A stretch of DNA of 52,463 nt, taken from contig LVLI01000309.1 in the NCBI GenBank assembly GCA_001687465.1, forward strand, positions 1 to 52,463, given 5' to 3'. Of this stretch, positions 1 to 12,767 are shown in pieces. The notes under the pieces are model-generated. The model made no database searches, had not been told where the DNA came from, and worked only from the letters and a program-made list of their open reading frames with translations. Each line of letters starts with the position of its first letter. The first letter of the stretch is position 1. Source of the stretch: Halocafeteria seosinensis. Its lineage: Eukaryota. The position numbers and the translations under genes are program-made.

Positions 1-271
1 ATTTCACAATGACGAGGTCCAAACTATCCGGAGACACGAAATTTCCAACTGCACTGTGGCCCACTGCCGTGGGCTTTTGAGCACTCACGACGTACTGGTA
101 ATCATTAATTCCTGCAATCTCTTCAGATCCTTGCTGGTCTGACGTCGCCCCTCCTGTTGTTGTTGTCTTCATTTGAGTGCTCTTCGACGCCCCTGCAGCC
201 GATCCATTGGCGGAGACAGCTGCCGAAGACGACGAAGAAGTACCTCCTGCTGCCGCTGCGGCTGAACTCAT
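1..271 (-). CDS. DDB1: DNA damage-binding protein 1, 5' end (gene continues off the left edge)
   Basis: Minus-strand frame from the ATG at 271 (not in the ORF track) reads MSSAAAAAGG...DYQYVVSAQKPTAVGHSAVGNFVSPDSLDLVIVK. This matches the DDB1 N-terminus (YNYVVTAQKPTAV...GHFTS...LNLLIAK), after a low-complexity extension. Confidence 0.85.
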   Translation of the reverse strand, partial: MSSAAAAAGGTSSSSSAAVSANGSAAGASKSTQMKTTTTGGATSDQQGSEEIAGINDYQYVVSAQKPTAVGHSAVGNFVSPDSLDLVIVK

Positions 272-1079
272 CGTGGAATTAGCGTATATATCGAGGGGAA
301 ATGAACACAAAAGAAGAAGAAGAGTGCAATCTTTTCTTTCTCTTTTTGGATTCTTTTGACTTTCGACCCCAGGGAGATCCAACTTAACGCTACCACCAGC
401 CAGTAGAACAAAAGTATAGCGTATTGCTTCTTAAGACTCGACTAACCAAGTCAGACACCATGCCACTCTGCTGTGTGTAGAAGCCTACTAGAAGGACAGA
501 CACCTCATCTCTTTCAAACAAACAGAGGCGACAATCTTTCCGTCGCTTCTTGTGGGCGAGGAATTCAAATCGATCCGATTCGATCGCTCAACTGTTTCAG
601 CCTAGTTTTGTCGGGGTACATGTGTCAGTTGTGCGAAATGGCTGCCGAAACATGGTATCTCATCTAAAAGAAGGAGCCTGCCTCGTCGTATACCGATTTC
701 TGCTCCAAACACCACCCCATGATCGGACGACTCTGTTCAAGACACTCCAACATTTGCCGTCATTTTGCGCATAGCGAATATTGCTATGGTTACTGAGAAT
801 CCAAGGAAGGGCGTCGTCACATCAGGTTACATCCAGATGAGGCGACGGACCACCGCTGGTCCACCGCCGGTCACCACCGGACGAAGTTGGTTTTGTGAAG
901 CTCGAGTATGTCGGCCGTTTATTCATTCTCTCTGCCTATCATACACAATGTTTTTACACATATTGATACACACACTTCCCGATCGTATCGGCCACATGTT
1001 TATCGCTCCCATTTGAAGATATATGAAACCAGGAAGACATTAATTGAGTTATTCGCTTGTACTTCAACTTGGCAATAAC

Positions 1080-2995
1080 ATGAACAACGATGTTTCCAAA
1101 GCTGCAAAGACACTCAGGGTGTTTCCATGGGACAGAATTCGTCTTGACGCGTGCTCGAGACCCTCATCCAGTAGTGGCTGCGGAGGAAGCGTGAAAAATT
1201 CAGCGGAACCGATCACGTCAGACTTCTATGATGATGACGACGGCGGCTCGAATTCCACGATTATACAAGTAGGTCGACAATGACGTTGAAGCGCATTTGT
1301 TGAGAAAAATATTCCGTGTAAATCGTCTGGTCGGTCTGAGAGTACAGGTTGAAAACTCTTGTGCCGAGGAATCAACCAAAGTTATTCTCGTGGCTCGGAA
1401 TATCGCTCCCAAAGACTCGGAAGAGCCGGTGGTAAGCCTACAACAATACCTGAGAGCTAGAAGATGGGATGCAATTGCTCTTCGATTCTAACAGAGAAGT
1501 GAACGCGAAAGTTGTGGTGCATTTATCGAAGAACTTACTGGTGCTGAGGAGAACGAGAATGGTAAGCCATGAGGACGTTGCTGGGAACTAGTTCGTTGTA
1601 TCAGAAATTCGGAGCTGCAGAATACGACACTATACTGGAGTGGGGACCACTGCTAAAACCTAAGGAGAGAAGAATATACAAGGTGACTCTGAACGAAGAA
1701 CGGAAGGAACCCTCTCCGGCGGTAAGAAGACCATACGTGTCTGCTCCGCTAGACTCATATTGACGAAGCAACTACGTTCTTCCCAGATTCTTTTTCTCTA
1801 TACCTTTACGGAGGTGTATCGCGTGGAACTACTCCTCAACGGGGCCAAAGAGGATGAGCTATCAAAGATAAGACAGCCTCCAAGGCCGTCTGCTTACTTG
1901 TTCGAAGAAGTTGGACAAGCAGAACAGCCGGAAGTAGAGCAACCTCAAGGTAGACAGGAAACATCTATGGACAAGGATGTTGAGAGATCTGCTGTTTTTC
2001 AAGCTCCCCAGCTAATACCGGACTCCATTCCCGAGGAAAGCAGCGGAGATATAATATCTTGTTTACGGCAGATGCTGCACCCTTCGAAGGTGAGCAACGA
2101 TGGTGACCACCAAAGTCTTGACATCAGCCTGGAGAGCTGGATGGAACTACAGCGCAGTGCGATTAAGAAACACCACTCGATGGGGACCTCCACTACCTCT
2201 ATCGTGAGGACTGTGAAGCACCAATCTGAGGAAACCGAACAATACCCGCATCCGCACGGTAGAGCAAGGATTAAGGAGGCTGAAACAAATAAATTAACAG
2301 AGATGTCTGATGAGTTTTTTAACAAAAGCGATGAGGATGAAGACGACGTTGACAAGCTGGGCAGTATTGATATGGTGGAATCAGAGAATGTCGCAGACAA
2401 TGTCGAAGCACCCCGAATTGCACAAGATGGAGACAATTACCTAGTACAGCATGCTTCTTCAGCTGCTTCTGTAGCTAACTTTGAAAGTGTACGCCCTCCT
2501 ATTCCAAGATCAGATACTGATAGACCCGCTACTGCTGCAAGTGCTTCTACTGCCAGATCCTGTGGACGTGGTGGGAGTCGCCCCGTTTCAGCATCTTCGT
2601 CTAAACGCAATGACTCCTCGCGTCAAGCATCGCGCCAGCTAGTTCATTCCCTTGAAAACAACAGAGAGAGTGATGATATCCATACCGCTACTCGTAGTGA
2701 TGCAAGCGCACCCGCGTCGGAAGCCCGAATGGTGTCTATGAAGCCGGAACAATGGTCGAGCAACGGGGAACAGAAACCATCGTTCCGGGGAAAAATAGTG
2801 CGAGGCGGTCCGAGCATTTCTGCCGTAAGGACTTTACGACAGCGCTCTGAAAATAAGAAGAACGAAAGAGTACTTCCTGAGTGTGAAGGGTCTTTCCTCC
2901 GCAAGGAGTGGATCCAGCGAGATAACGACATGGGGTTAGACCTCGATGAGCATGAACCGGATATTGATATATTGGCGCCAGAATCCGCACATTAA
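1080..2995 (+). CDS. Hypothetical multi-exon protein with a long Ser/acidic low-complexity C-terminal region
   Basis: Consecutive ORFs 1044-1283, 1297-1491, 1569-1763 and 1760-2995 are joined by GTAGGT/GTAAG...CAG introns. No family recognised. Confidence 0.6.
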
Positions 2996-3299
2996 GCAAC
3001 ATCCCACTTGGCAATGCAGTTTTTTGTACACTACTAGTGATTAGTTGTCGCCGATGTGGTGCGAACGAAAGAGATGGGTAATAAAATTAGCTCCCCCGAG
3101 GATGCAGATTGCATTGAACGCAACCCGACTTGTCCTATCGTTTATATGTGGTTGCGTCCCGTTAACTTCTTTGGCTTCTATGACAGACATGATCAACGTT
3201 CACTCGTACGCCGGAGACTAGACGTAGCAACGAATTCTCGCAATCTCTTCTGTTTAGTCTCATCACCCGCCGGCGGTTAGGAACCAATTACTTGCGGTC

Positions 3300-3620
3300 T
3301 ACCCTTGTTTCAGGGGCTTGTAACGCAATGCTCCTGGGCTTGAGTTTATGATAAGCTCAATGCTTTTGTCTCAGTTATGCAAATACAAGGTAGTTTCTCC
3401 ATTCCCGGAGCCAAAAGCTCGGCCACTGCTTGTATCAGGGGTCGATCAATGCTATAGTGGCGTGCACTTCATAAGTTGGCAGCTGGTCATCCAGTGTTGG
3501 TAATATACAATCCTCAATAACTTCACATGCAAGAGGGGTATTCTCATAATGCTCCGGGGGATACAGATTCAGCCACCATGCGAGCTGAAGCTTTTGATTC
3601 AGTTCTGAACATGAACAAAG
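3300..3620 (-). pseudogene. Possible decayed hAT-like transposase fragment
   Basis: Interrupted minus frame ...ILPTLDDQLPTYEVHATIALIDP*YKQW... The stop (TGA, 3435-3437) sits where CGA would give the hAT-type motif A-x-(L/I)-D-P-R-Y-K. Further stops and a frameshift are nearby. Confidence 0.25.
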
Positions 3621-4584
3621 TGCCGACTCCCCGTTCCCTAGAAGTTCTGCAGCGGACTCTCGTTGCTAAATATCTTCCAGCAAGCCTACTGTAAATACCC
3701 TGGTTTAGGATACTGCTTACATCGACTTCCTACGCTATGATTACGTTGGCTTGGCTACTTGTCAGGCTGGACTACGTGAGCCCAAGCAACCAGCGATGTA
3801 ACCGAGTAAGTCGGCCCGCAGTCTATGAACCGTTCCCTTAGCGTACGAAAAGCCGCAAAAGAGCACAAGTACGACGAAAATGTGACTGATGGCTCACCAT
3901 GTGAGCCGCTACACTTAGGTACAAGTAAGGGGCCCGCTGTTCCACCTCGAGGACAAGTGTGCTAAGCGGAACTACCCGGATATGTGGACAAGTAATCATC
4001 ACACACACACACAGTAGTCATCAACTGTTCTACCGAAACTGTGTTCACGCACGATATATGCTCAAATATATGCATAGTACATCGGCGAATCCTCAAATTG
4101 TTTCACGGAAAGTATTCGACCTAATCAGTTGCGTCGAAACGACCCCATCGTATTTACTGTATGAGAATGGCTCATGTATAGAGCGTAGTATTCCATTCTT
4201 ACCCTGTACTTAACATTATTTCTCTTTACAAAATTTGACAATCCTGGATTCAAAGTGCATTTCTGACTGAATTTCTTCGTAGGTACAACCTGCTTGTACT
4301 TCCTCTAGGCCAAAACCTCCGATGCAAGTAAGGATTGTAGAGGTACATTTTTCGCCGAGATACATCTATTTCCGGGAAACCAACTACAAAGGATGCACTA
4401 TCCGAGCAGTAAAATCGGGAATGCCAAAGACAGAGTTCTAACGTACTCAGGAATGTCTAAACCTTGAGTAGCCATTGCCCAGACACTACCGCTATCTTTC
4501 ACAGGTCAACACAGCAGAGTATCGCGAACTCCCATTCGCTTGCGGAAGTTCTACTCAGATGTCACGCGGTATAAACCGAAAGAG

Positions 4585-6530
4585 CTACAGAGTTTCAAGC
4601 TTCCGCTGGATACTCGATTTGAGCTCTAAGGATTCTGTGTGATTCGGAAACGTATCCAGAGCCTTGCTGACATCTTGGAATGCTTCTTCCAGGTTACCCC
4701 TTCTATGCGCGATCAGAGCTGCACTTGGCAAAGGCCAAAGTTACTATAGGCTTCTAAACTACACACACACACACACGCACAGACACAAGTACGACTTACC
4801 CGCATTGTAATATGGCTCGAACAAATGGTCAGCTAAAGTCTTTGCACTTTGGAAGTTCGAAAGTGCGCCCTCGGCATTATTCTTTTTCACTTCCAGTACT
4901 GCTTTTCAGATGAATCCAAACGGTATACTACCAGTCAACAAAGCAGATGACTAAGTCAACGTACCTCCAAGATTATTGTATGATTCGGCATGGCAATTAT
5001 CCACCGAAGAGGCGACACGCAAAGCCTGATACGCTAGCCCCAGGTCCCCAATGCCGATAGCGATATGGCTGATATTAAACCACACGTCCGGCATTACGTC
5101 GTCTTCAGCCAATGAGAGTGCCTTCTCAAAACATGGCAGAGTCATATCATATTGGGCAGCGTAGAAGCAGCATAGACCGAGGTTCTGCCACACTTCAGCG
5201 GAATTAACACCCATCTGTGACAACAGAATACAACATAAAGGAATATTTGCGGCAGAATGCTGCAACTCAACTCGACATCTATACAAAAATGGCGCAACTT
5301 ACTTGTAGTAGACGGCGATAGTACTTTAGAGCCACTTCTGGCTGATCCGTGTAGAAATGATTTGCAGCCAGACTAGCAATGGCTTCAACATTGCTGGCGT
5401 CCAGTTTGATTACTTTCTTGTAAATATCGCTGGATGAAACAGTATCTCCCAACATATCATGAACTCGGGCGGTACCCAGGAGCATATTTGGATCACCTGG
5501 AAACATTTCTGCCCCTTTCTGATACAAATCTAATGCTGAATTAGGTTGATCTAGTTTCAGGAACACTTTTCCCAATTCCAAATAGACAGGAATAGTCTCA
5601 AACGCTCGCAGCGAGGAACGAAATTGTTTCTCTGCGTCGCGTAACATTCCCAGTTGATAGTATGCCTTCCCTAGTCTCGCCTTCCACCACCAGTCAGAGT
5701 AATTGTGCTGCTAACAACCAACCAACCACGTATCCTTTCTGACTCACAAGGAAACGAGCGCAACTACTTACATATTTCGTAGCAGCGGCTGCAAGTTCTG
5801 CAGCTTTTCTTGGATTCTGTTCATGATAGAATAAGTAATCACAGAGGGCGCGTGAAATTGCTTCTCGCCTGGCATATTTGTTCATATCTAATCGCTCCAC
5901 ATCAATAAAGGGACCCTCCCCTTTAGACTGAGCAATCATTGAAGCCGTTCCAAGCCGAATTTGTCTGCAACAGCAAATACAGAAAGTCCAACGCTTTCCG
6001 TGGGCCACAAGGCAGCGAAGACTTGAGCTCAGCAAGGAGGCTTACCTTCCAAACGAAGTTGTCGGTCTCGAGGTTCCAGGTCGATCTCCCCGCAGAGCTT
6101 GGTCCACATTGGTTGACGTCCCCTGCCGAGACTTAGACATTGTCCCTGGACGTGCAAAGCCTGTCATGGGTCGTCCTGCAGAGGACACTGGTCGAATCGC
6201 AGCATCCGCAGTGCCTCGAGCCGTCTTCCCCGAGGGAGTTCCAACGGCGGCCGAGTGGAGCGAGGTGCCCGGTCGTGGCGCCTGTGCGACAGCGTTTTCA
6301 TCCAAGAGTAAATCCCCTGCGCCTTCATCCTCGTACTCGGTATCATCGATCCAGGTCTTTGACGTCAAAGTTTTGCATTTTAACGTCCACGCGGCTTTAT
6401 CGTAGGGGTTCTTCTCGAGAAGGTCTGTGCAAATTGTCAAGCAAGCGTCCAATTCCCGGGCGTGATACAGATGGAGTGCGTAATAAAAAGGGTCCAATCC
6501 ACGCGGAATGGCAGGCTTATCGACGGTCAT
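4585..6530 (-). CDS. TTC8: Bardet-Biedl syndrome 8 / tetratricopeptide repeat protein 8 (BBSome subunit), multi-exon
   Basis: Motifs LLEKNPYDKAAW, RPGTSL, RPVSSAGRPMTGFARPGT, RLGTASM...GPFIDVERL, DWWWKARLGKAYYQLGMLRDAEKQF and EVWQNLGLCCFYAAQYDM. The last exon ends ...FPNHTESLELKSSIQRKLETL* with TAG at 4585-4587. Confidence 0.95.
4759..4786. repeat. (CA)n microsatellite inside a BBS8 intron
   Basis: ctacacacacacacacacgcacagacac. Confidence 0.7.
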
Positions 6531-6634
6531 GGTAGTGCATACAGGACGGCGTTTGTCTCCTGTTTCCTCCAGCCCAGAGCCTTGTTTACCTCCAGTATTG
6601 TCGTTTATTCATTCATTCATTCATGAAATGTACG

Positions 6635-7225
6635 ATGATTCGAGGAACTATTTCATCCAAGGTACGTGTATATCAAATTCTGTCTTTATTCATACTGTAA
6701 TCGTCAAAGACGGCTTTGCAGACGCTCCGGGCCACTGGAGGATACCTTCGTGTCGGGGACTACGCTGAGTGGACCAAGACCTGGACTTCCCACGACGTAG
6801 AGACGTTCGCCGAGGTGACCGGCGATTCGAACCCCCTTCATCTAGATGCCCGCTATGCTCGCGAAGAGAGCCCGTTTGGGAAACCGATTGTGAATGGAAT
6901 GCTGTATGGAAGCATGTTTGGAACCATTTTTGGAAGTCAGATTCCAGGGGCATTGTATCTTAATCAATCCTTTGCTTTTCAGAAGCCAGTATTTGTTGGT
7001 GATACAGTCACAGCTCGGGTGCAAATAGTTCAAGCCAGAGAAAAGCCTCATATCCTCACATGCGCCACGACTATCCATCGGCACCTGGAGCACGATTCCC
7101 AGATAGGAAACAAATCTCTACAAGTTGCTGAGCAACTGGAAGAGGTTATGTCGGGAGAAGCAAGGGTAATGATCCCACTGCCTAAACAGAAAGAGAGTAA
7201 AGATGAGAAGGAACAGCGTCAGTAG
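6635..7225 (+). CDS. MaoC-like hotdog-fold dehydratase (HTD2-like, probably mitochondrial)
   Basis: Exon 1 MIRGTISSK (6635-6661), intron 6662-6721 (GTACGT...TTGCAG), then DVETFAEVTGDSNPLHLD...FGKPIVNGMLYGSMF...PGALYLNQSFAFQKPVFVGDTV, the MaoC signature. Confidence 0.88.
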
Positions 7226-9555
7226 GAGGCTGCTGAAGTACCAGCCCCGGTCCGAGCAACCAACACATCGATGAGATGAGTTGTGCAACCCTCCGTATTT
7301 CTCTTCTGAGTCTTCTATGCTGTGGGCTCAGAACTTACAATGAGTTAACTTGCTTACCTTGGTTCCTCTTAAGAATTGATCTTCTGTGGTACAACTCACA
7401 GGTCGCGAGGATGAAGGTGGGCGATTTGAAGGTTCAACAAATTAGAGCATACCGTGTATTCGACGCCACCACTTATTCGAGTGCTCCCTGTACAATTTGA
7501 ATTTGTACGTTCTGCGCCACTTACTTCAAGGGTCGGCATCCATCAGTACTAAAATTCCTCGAAGTAAATGATAGTATACCTGTATGCTCCTCGGGCCTCT
7601 CCAGTCTTTATATAATGCATCCCTATGGCCGATTCGGATATTTTCTATAGTCACGGAGGAATCCCGTGCTCGCATCGTTATGGACAACACATCCAACTGC
7701 CGGTGGGCCGTCGTCACATATTCTCAGTTCGGGCAACCGCTGTGCTCGTCCAGAAACTCCCGGCTTCAGATGATTGAAGGCAATTACACAGTTAGTGCTT
7801 CCGTCACTACATTTTTCTGTTTGATTATTCGGCTTAGAATTGACGGTGTACACGTAAGACACAGGTTCGAGAGAAAGAGAATCCGTCCTTACTATTCATG
7901 TACTCTACTCAGTGACGAAACGCCAAGGGAATCCAGGACAAATCGGCGGTCCTCGAAATCATAGTACACAGTCTGAAAACGGGGTAGGGCGCACCACTCC
8001 AGAAAGTATAGCTCGGCAAACTTTCGTTTTCCCTCGAACTATGCTTGGTTGAATACACATAAACCATGTGACATGATATGACAGTACAATGTAGGCAACT
8101 CACAGTTCCGACATACCGTATTCGTTGCTAGTGGTACTAATACACGCGGTGGCCATGGTAGACAAAGTTTCGACCATTGCACCAAAATACGTGCTCTTAG
8201 CAGAAACTCTGGAGTCCATATCTCTCCACGAAATTCAATGTCAGGGGTTCGAAGTGTTCATGACAAAAAACCAAGCCACGATAGAGATGTTTTTCTTTGA
8301 TTGCTGAAAGAACGAGGTGATGAAATCTCCTCCACCATCTCTAGACAAATTACTTCAGGGCTGTCCAGGCAACAATGAAGCCAAGAACCGAAAGTCTACC
8401 TCAGTCCTTCAATAGTGTACTGCGAATGTAAACATCGGGCTGTGAGTGGGTTCCCAAAGGACCGTGCACAGGAGAAGAGAAGAAGGATGGGGCACTGCCG
8501 CAGACAGCTTCTGCGATCGCGTCTACCTTCGCAATTGGAAAGACAACGTGGATGGATTGTTTGGCCAAATGAATCACCGACGAAAAGCTCTTACATTGTA
8601 GGATCTAAATGTATAAAATCAAGGAGGAGCGGCTGAAGGAAATATTCCGCAAGAAACGCCTTTTTTTACATGCATACCGTACTTTTGTTGTGCTTGCTCT
8701 CCGAAACAAAGTGATTGAGAGCAGCATTCCTCCAAACTGTTTGGTAATTGGTCGTGGGGGTTAAAAGAGTATCGAGGGTGCTCGTTTGCTTCCCAAGTCT
8801 TTGCCATGCTCATCGTAAGGTCTTTGTGGCCGGTGGGCTATCTGTCACATTTGTGTGTGTGCTTTGTGAATAGATGTTGCAACTTGCAACGCGCCCTATG
8901 GTGGTAGACGACATTCTCCGAGAAAATCATGGCGACACGGATTGGCCTGATCGGATCTCTGCGTGCTCCAGGCACTTTTTAATATCCACTCCTAGCGGTA
9001 TCATTTCGCGAGGGCTCCAGGGAGTGAGACGTTGCAGAGTTTCTGTACAACACTGCGTGTTGGATAGACGTATTCTCGTATCGATTCAACCGAGGTTATT
9101 TTTTCCCGTTATTGATACTCTGTAGCAACATAATGGGAAGTTCTATTGTACATCTTTGGACCTACCGATTTCACTACACTGTACACTGATACCCACTCGT
9201 CGCAATGCAGTGTGTGTAGATGTACGCTCAAAAATGCATCAACCGGAAAACTTCATTCCAGCAAGTAAAGACAAGCAGCCATTCCAGTACAGCTTGTTCG
9301 CTCAGACGGTTTCCCTTCAATTTAGCAACGTAGTTGCACGGTTGCGTTAAAAAACGAAAGGAGACTTCCGGATGATTGCGTTGCTGTAGTTGAACTCCGG
9401 TCTAGTGAAGTTCGGCGGGCGGGGTGTGGGGCCCACCGTGTGGCACAGTTCCATCTTTTGAAGCCATAGGTAGAATTATTGACACTTTGTTTGTTTCAAT
9501 CGATGGAAAATGTGTAAATGCTCGTTGGTATGAAGTTTCCGTGAGGTTCCGAAGC

Positions 9556-11220
9556 ATGGCGTCGAAGATACCCGTCTCACCAGAGACAGTAGTGCAACAA
9601 GGTACATGAGGTACCCTCGTCCATTTGTCCGTCAGAAGTACTTTGCATTTTACTGATACAGATACCCAGCAGGACCCCGAGGGGCAAACAGGGGATGTCA
9701 ATTCGAATGACAACAGTAAGCGCAATGTCCACTACAGAAAAATTCGGTTTTGGACAATTAATTCAAGAGATATTGCCGTGCTGCCGCACCATTGAACGCT
9801 TGCAGATGATGAGGGTACCAAACTTAACATTAGTGCTGATCTGAAGGAAGAAAAATCACAGAGTGACAACGACGAGGGCATCGACATGTGGTTGGAGCGG
9901 GTGACCCCGTCTTGGATGCACCCGGACATAGCGACGACTCTAATGGTGGCGTTTGAGATCGTTATGATTATCCTCTACCTGGCTTTGGTAGATTATAGCG
10001 ATGTAAACCAGAATCTAAGCCAGGGCATCGATTCGATGTATTCATTCTACATTGGAATTCATTTGATGGTCTATATTGGCTTCGGGTACCTAATGACCTT
10101 TCTCCGCAGAAATGGATTTGAAGCACTCGGATTCACCATGCTCCTGTCTGCTATATGTTTTCAATGGGGAATCTTGAACCAAGCGTTCTGGGAGCGTATA
10201 CACGAAAATCATTTCCACGAACTGCAGCTTAGCATCAGTTGGTTAATAGAGGGTGATTTTGCGGCAGCTACGTTCCTCATAACGTTCGGGGTTCTGTTGG
10301 GAAAAGCAACGAGAATGCAGTTATTCCTTGTAGCCATTCTGGAAATAATGGTTTATTCTTTTAACTTTTATCTTTTTACTTGGATTTTGGAAGGGGTGGA
10401 TATGGGAGGATCGGTCGTGATCCATCTGGCAGGCGCAGTGTTTGGACTTGGCGTGAGCTACACTTTGTTCTCGGGGCAATTAGGTGCTCATAGAGACAAT
10501 ACTTCGAACTACACGTCGGATAGATTCTCGATAATCGGAACTTTGATTCTGTGGCTATACTGGCCGTCATTCAATGGTGCTTTTGCAGGTGGAAACCAAG
10601 ATCGTGTTGCTATCAACACAGTATTCTCATTAACAGGAAGTGCTTTGGCCGCATTCTGCACCTCTAGAACCTTAAGACACTCTGGAAGGTTCGAAATGGT
10701 AGACATTGCCAATGCAACGTTGGCTGGAGGGGTTGCTGTTGGAAGCTCCGCCGACCTAATCATCGGCCCTGGTGCCGCTATACTAACTGGTTTCGTCGCG
10801 GGCTTCGTTTCGACAGTGGGATTCATTCATCTTACACCCTTCCTGGAATCACGCTTCGGTTTGACCGATACCTGCGGCGTTCTCAACCTCCATGGGACCC
10901 CTGGTATCATCGGTTCTCTCGCTGGAATGTTAGCTGCCGCAGCTGCGGATAAATCTGTTTATGGACAGGAATTCAATTCTATTTTTCCCCGAGGGGACAA
11001 TCAATGGGGTTACCAGTTGGCAGGGCTTTTCGTCACTATAGCAGTGATGGGGTTTTCCGGTCTGATAGTGGGTTTTGTTGTCAAGAAAATCACTAGTGGT
11101 TCTGAAAGGCCGAAAGATCAACTCTACTGTGATCACAACGACTTCGAAATCAGCACCACTGAGTACCAATTGATACGGCAATGGGAAGACGGAGAGAAGC
11201 TCGCCACAGTGCAAGAGTGA
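9556..11220 (+). CDS. Rh-type (Rh50-like) ammonium transporter
   Basis: Two short 5' exons (MASKIPVSPETVVQQ / DTQQDPE...NDN) splice in frame to ORF 9886-11220. Rh motifs HLMVYIGFGYLMTFL, DMGGSVVIH, LWLYWPSFN, NATLAGGVAVG and DTCGVLNLHG are present, with both pore histidines. Confidence 0.93.
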
Positions 11221-12767
11221 AGTCAATCGGCAGTTTTTCTTGCCGTCGCGTTATGTCTCGTTTCCCTGCGCTAGGAGCCCATAGAACAGAATGTCGGTTG
11301 GGAAGCTGGTCCACATCAACAGTAGGCATATAACGGTTTTCTGTATAACTTCAGGGTACAGATGCAAGTTAAGATTCACTTGAGCGTGACAGTCGTAGAA
11401 GTCAGTCATACATCCCAATATAAGGATTTCACCGGAAACACGAAAATACCGCTTTAGAACCGTCTTCCACGAACCCTTTTCTTAACTTTGTTCAGAAGCC
11501 TGCCATCTAGTATTTTACCAAAAGCAAACAACATCGAAATAATAGCGAACGGCATGCTGATAGTTTCTAAGATGTTAATACTGTATGAAAAACGTGGAAT
11601 CTTAATTTCAGTCGTTGGTGGAATTTCGTCGCAAGTTCGAACAGGCTAGGGGAGACTCAGATTTGCGCAAGCCTTCGATAATACGAGTCAATCGCCTCGA
11701 AGCTGCGAAATAAAGGTTTCCCAAACTGCTTGGTGGTACCTCCGTCGATCGCGGGCTTGTTTGGAACCGGCAGAGAAGCCTTTGTTCTGAGGCCAAGGTG
11801 GGTTGCAAGAACCAGCGTTACTGGCAGAATATTCTTCGGTGACTATTGTGCACAGTAGTTTACTAAACACTTCGTTTATTCTTGTCTACGCAGAAGTTCG
11901 CTGACAAGTCGCCGATTCTGAGGACGCCAAGGCTAAACTTCCAAGAACGTTGGAAGTCCTTCCAGAATCGTTCCGAGAGTCGCAGCGACGCCGATACGAA
12001 ACGGAAACCTCCACAGGACACAACGAAACTAGGTATACTACTGGTATTACATCTGAGACGTCTCCGCAATCCGCTCGTTGACAAACGTTCTCTATAAGTC
12101 GTAAGTTGGAAGAAAGACACAGTCCGTCCATTTTTTCCCGTGAGGCAGAGATGATCGACTTTCTGTATGGCATTGCCGCAGAGAGCAACTCTGAGGAGTT
12201 TATGTACGCGTTCTTGTCAAGGTTGGCAACCCTCTGTCTGGCGAAGGAGGGAAATTTTGGTTCTCTTTGGCGAGTACTATGACGCGCAACAGAATCACTT
12301 GGATTAATCGGTATTTCTTTGGAGGGCGAATCTATTCACACAACTATAAAAGTTCATTCATCAGACGCCTACACAACACGTCACTCGGTATGACTCACAC
12401 CTCGACGACGTGGACGTGGCAATTGTGTGTGGTGTGTGTGTGGCAATTCACTTGGAAATAGTTGACGATACCGACCAATGTAAGTCTTCTTGTTTCCAGC
12501 AGGTACACGGCAAAACAAACCCTGCGTTTTCTCCACCAACTGCACCACCACTTATGGAAGTCTATTGGTTCTATACTTCCTACTGACAAACGCACTCCCG
12601 CAATCTCCTTCGTTCGTTGAAGTTTGGAGTAATACTTGAGGTTGCCAGCGAGGAATTACATTTGTCTTCGTTGGATTGTGTGGTTCATGTTGATCGAAAA
12701 CATGCCGTTGGTGGTCTTTCTATCGTAGAGTGTATTCATCGAGCAGAAACTGGGAAGCAAAAAGAAA

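Noticed and set aside
7230..7900. Minus-strand GTAAG donors and CAG acceptors suggesting a small gene
   Set aside because: No consistent reading frame or recognisable product could be assembled.
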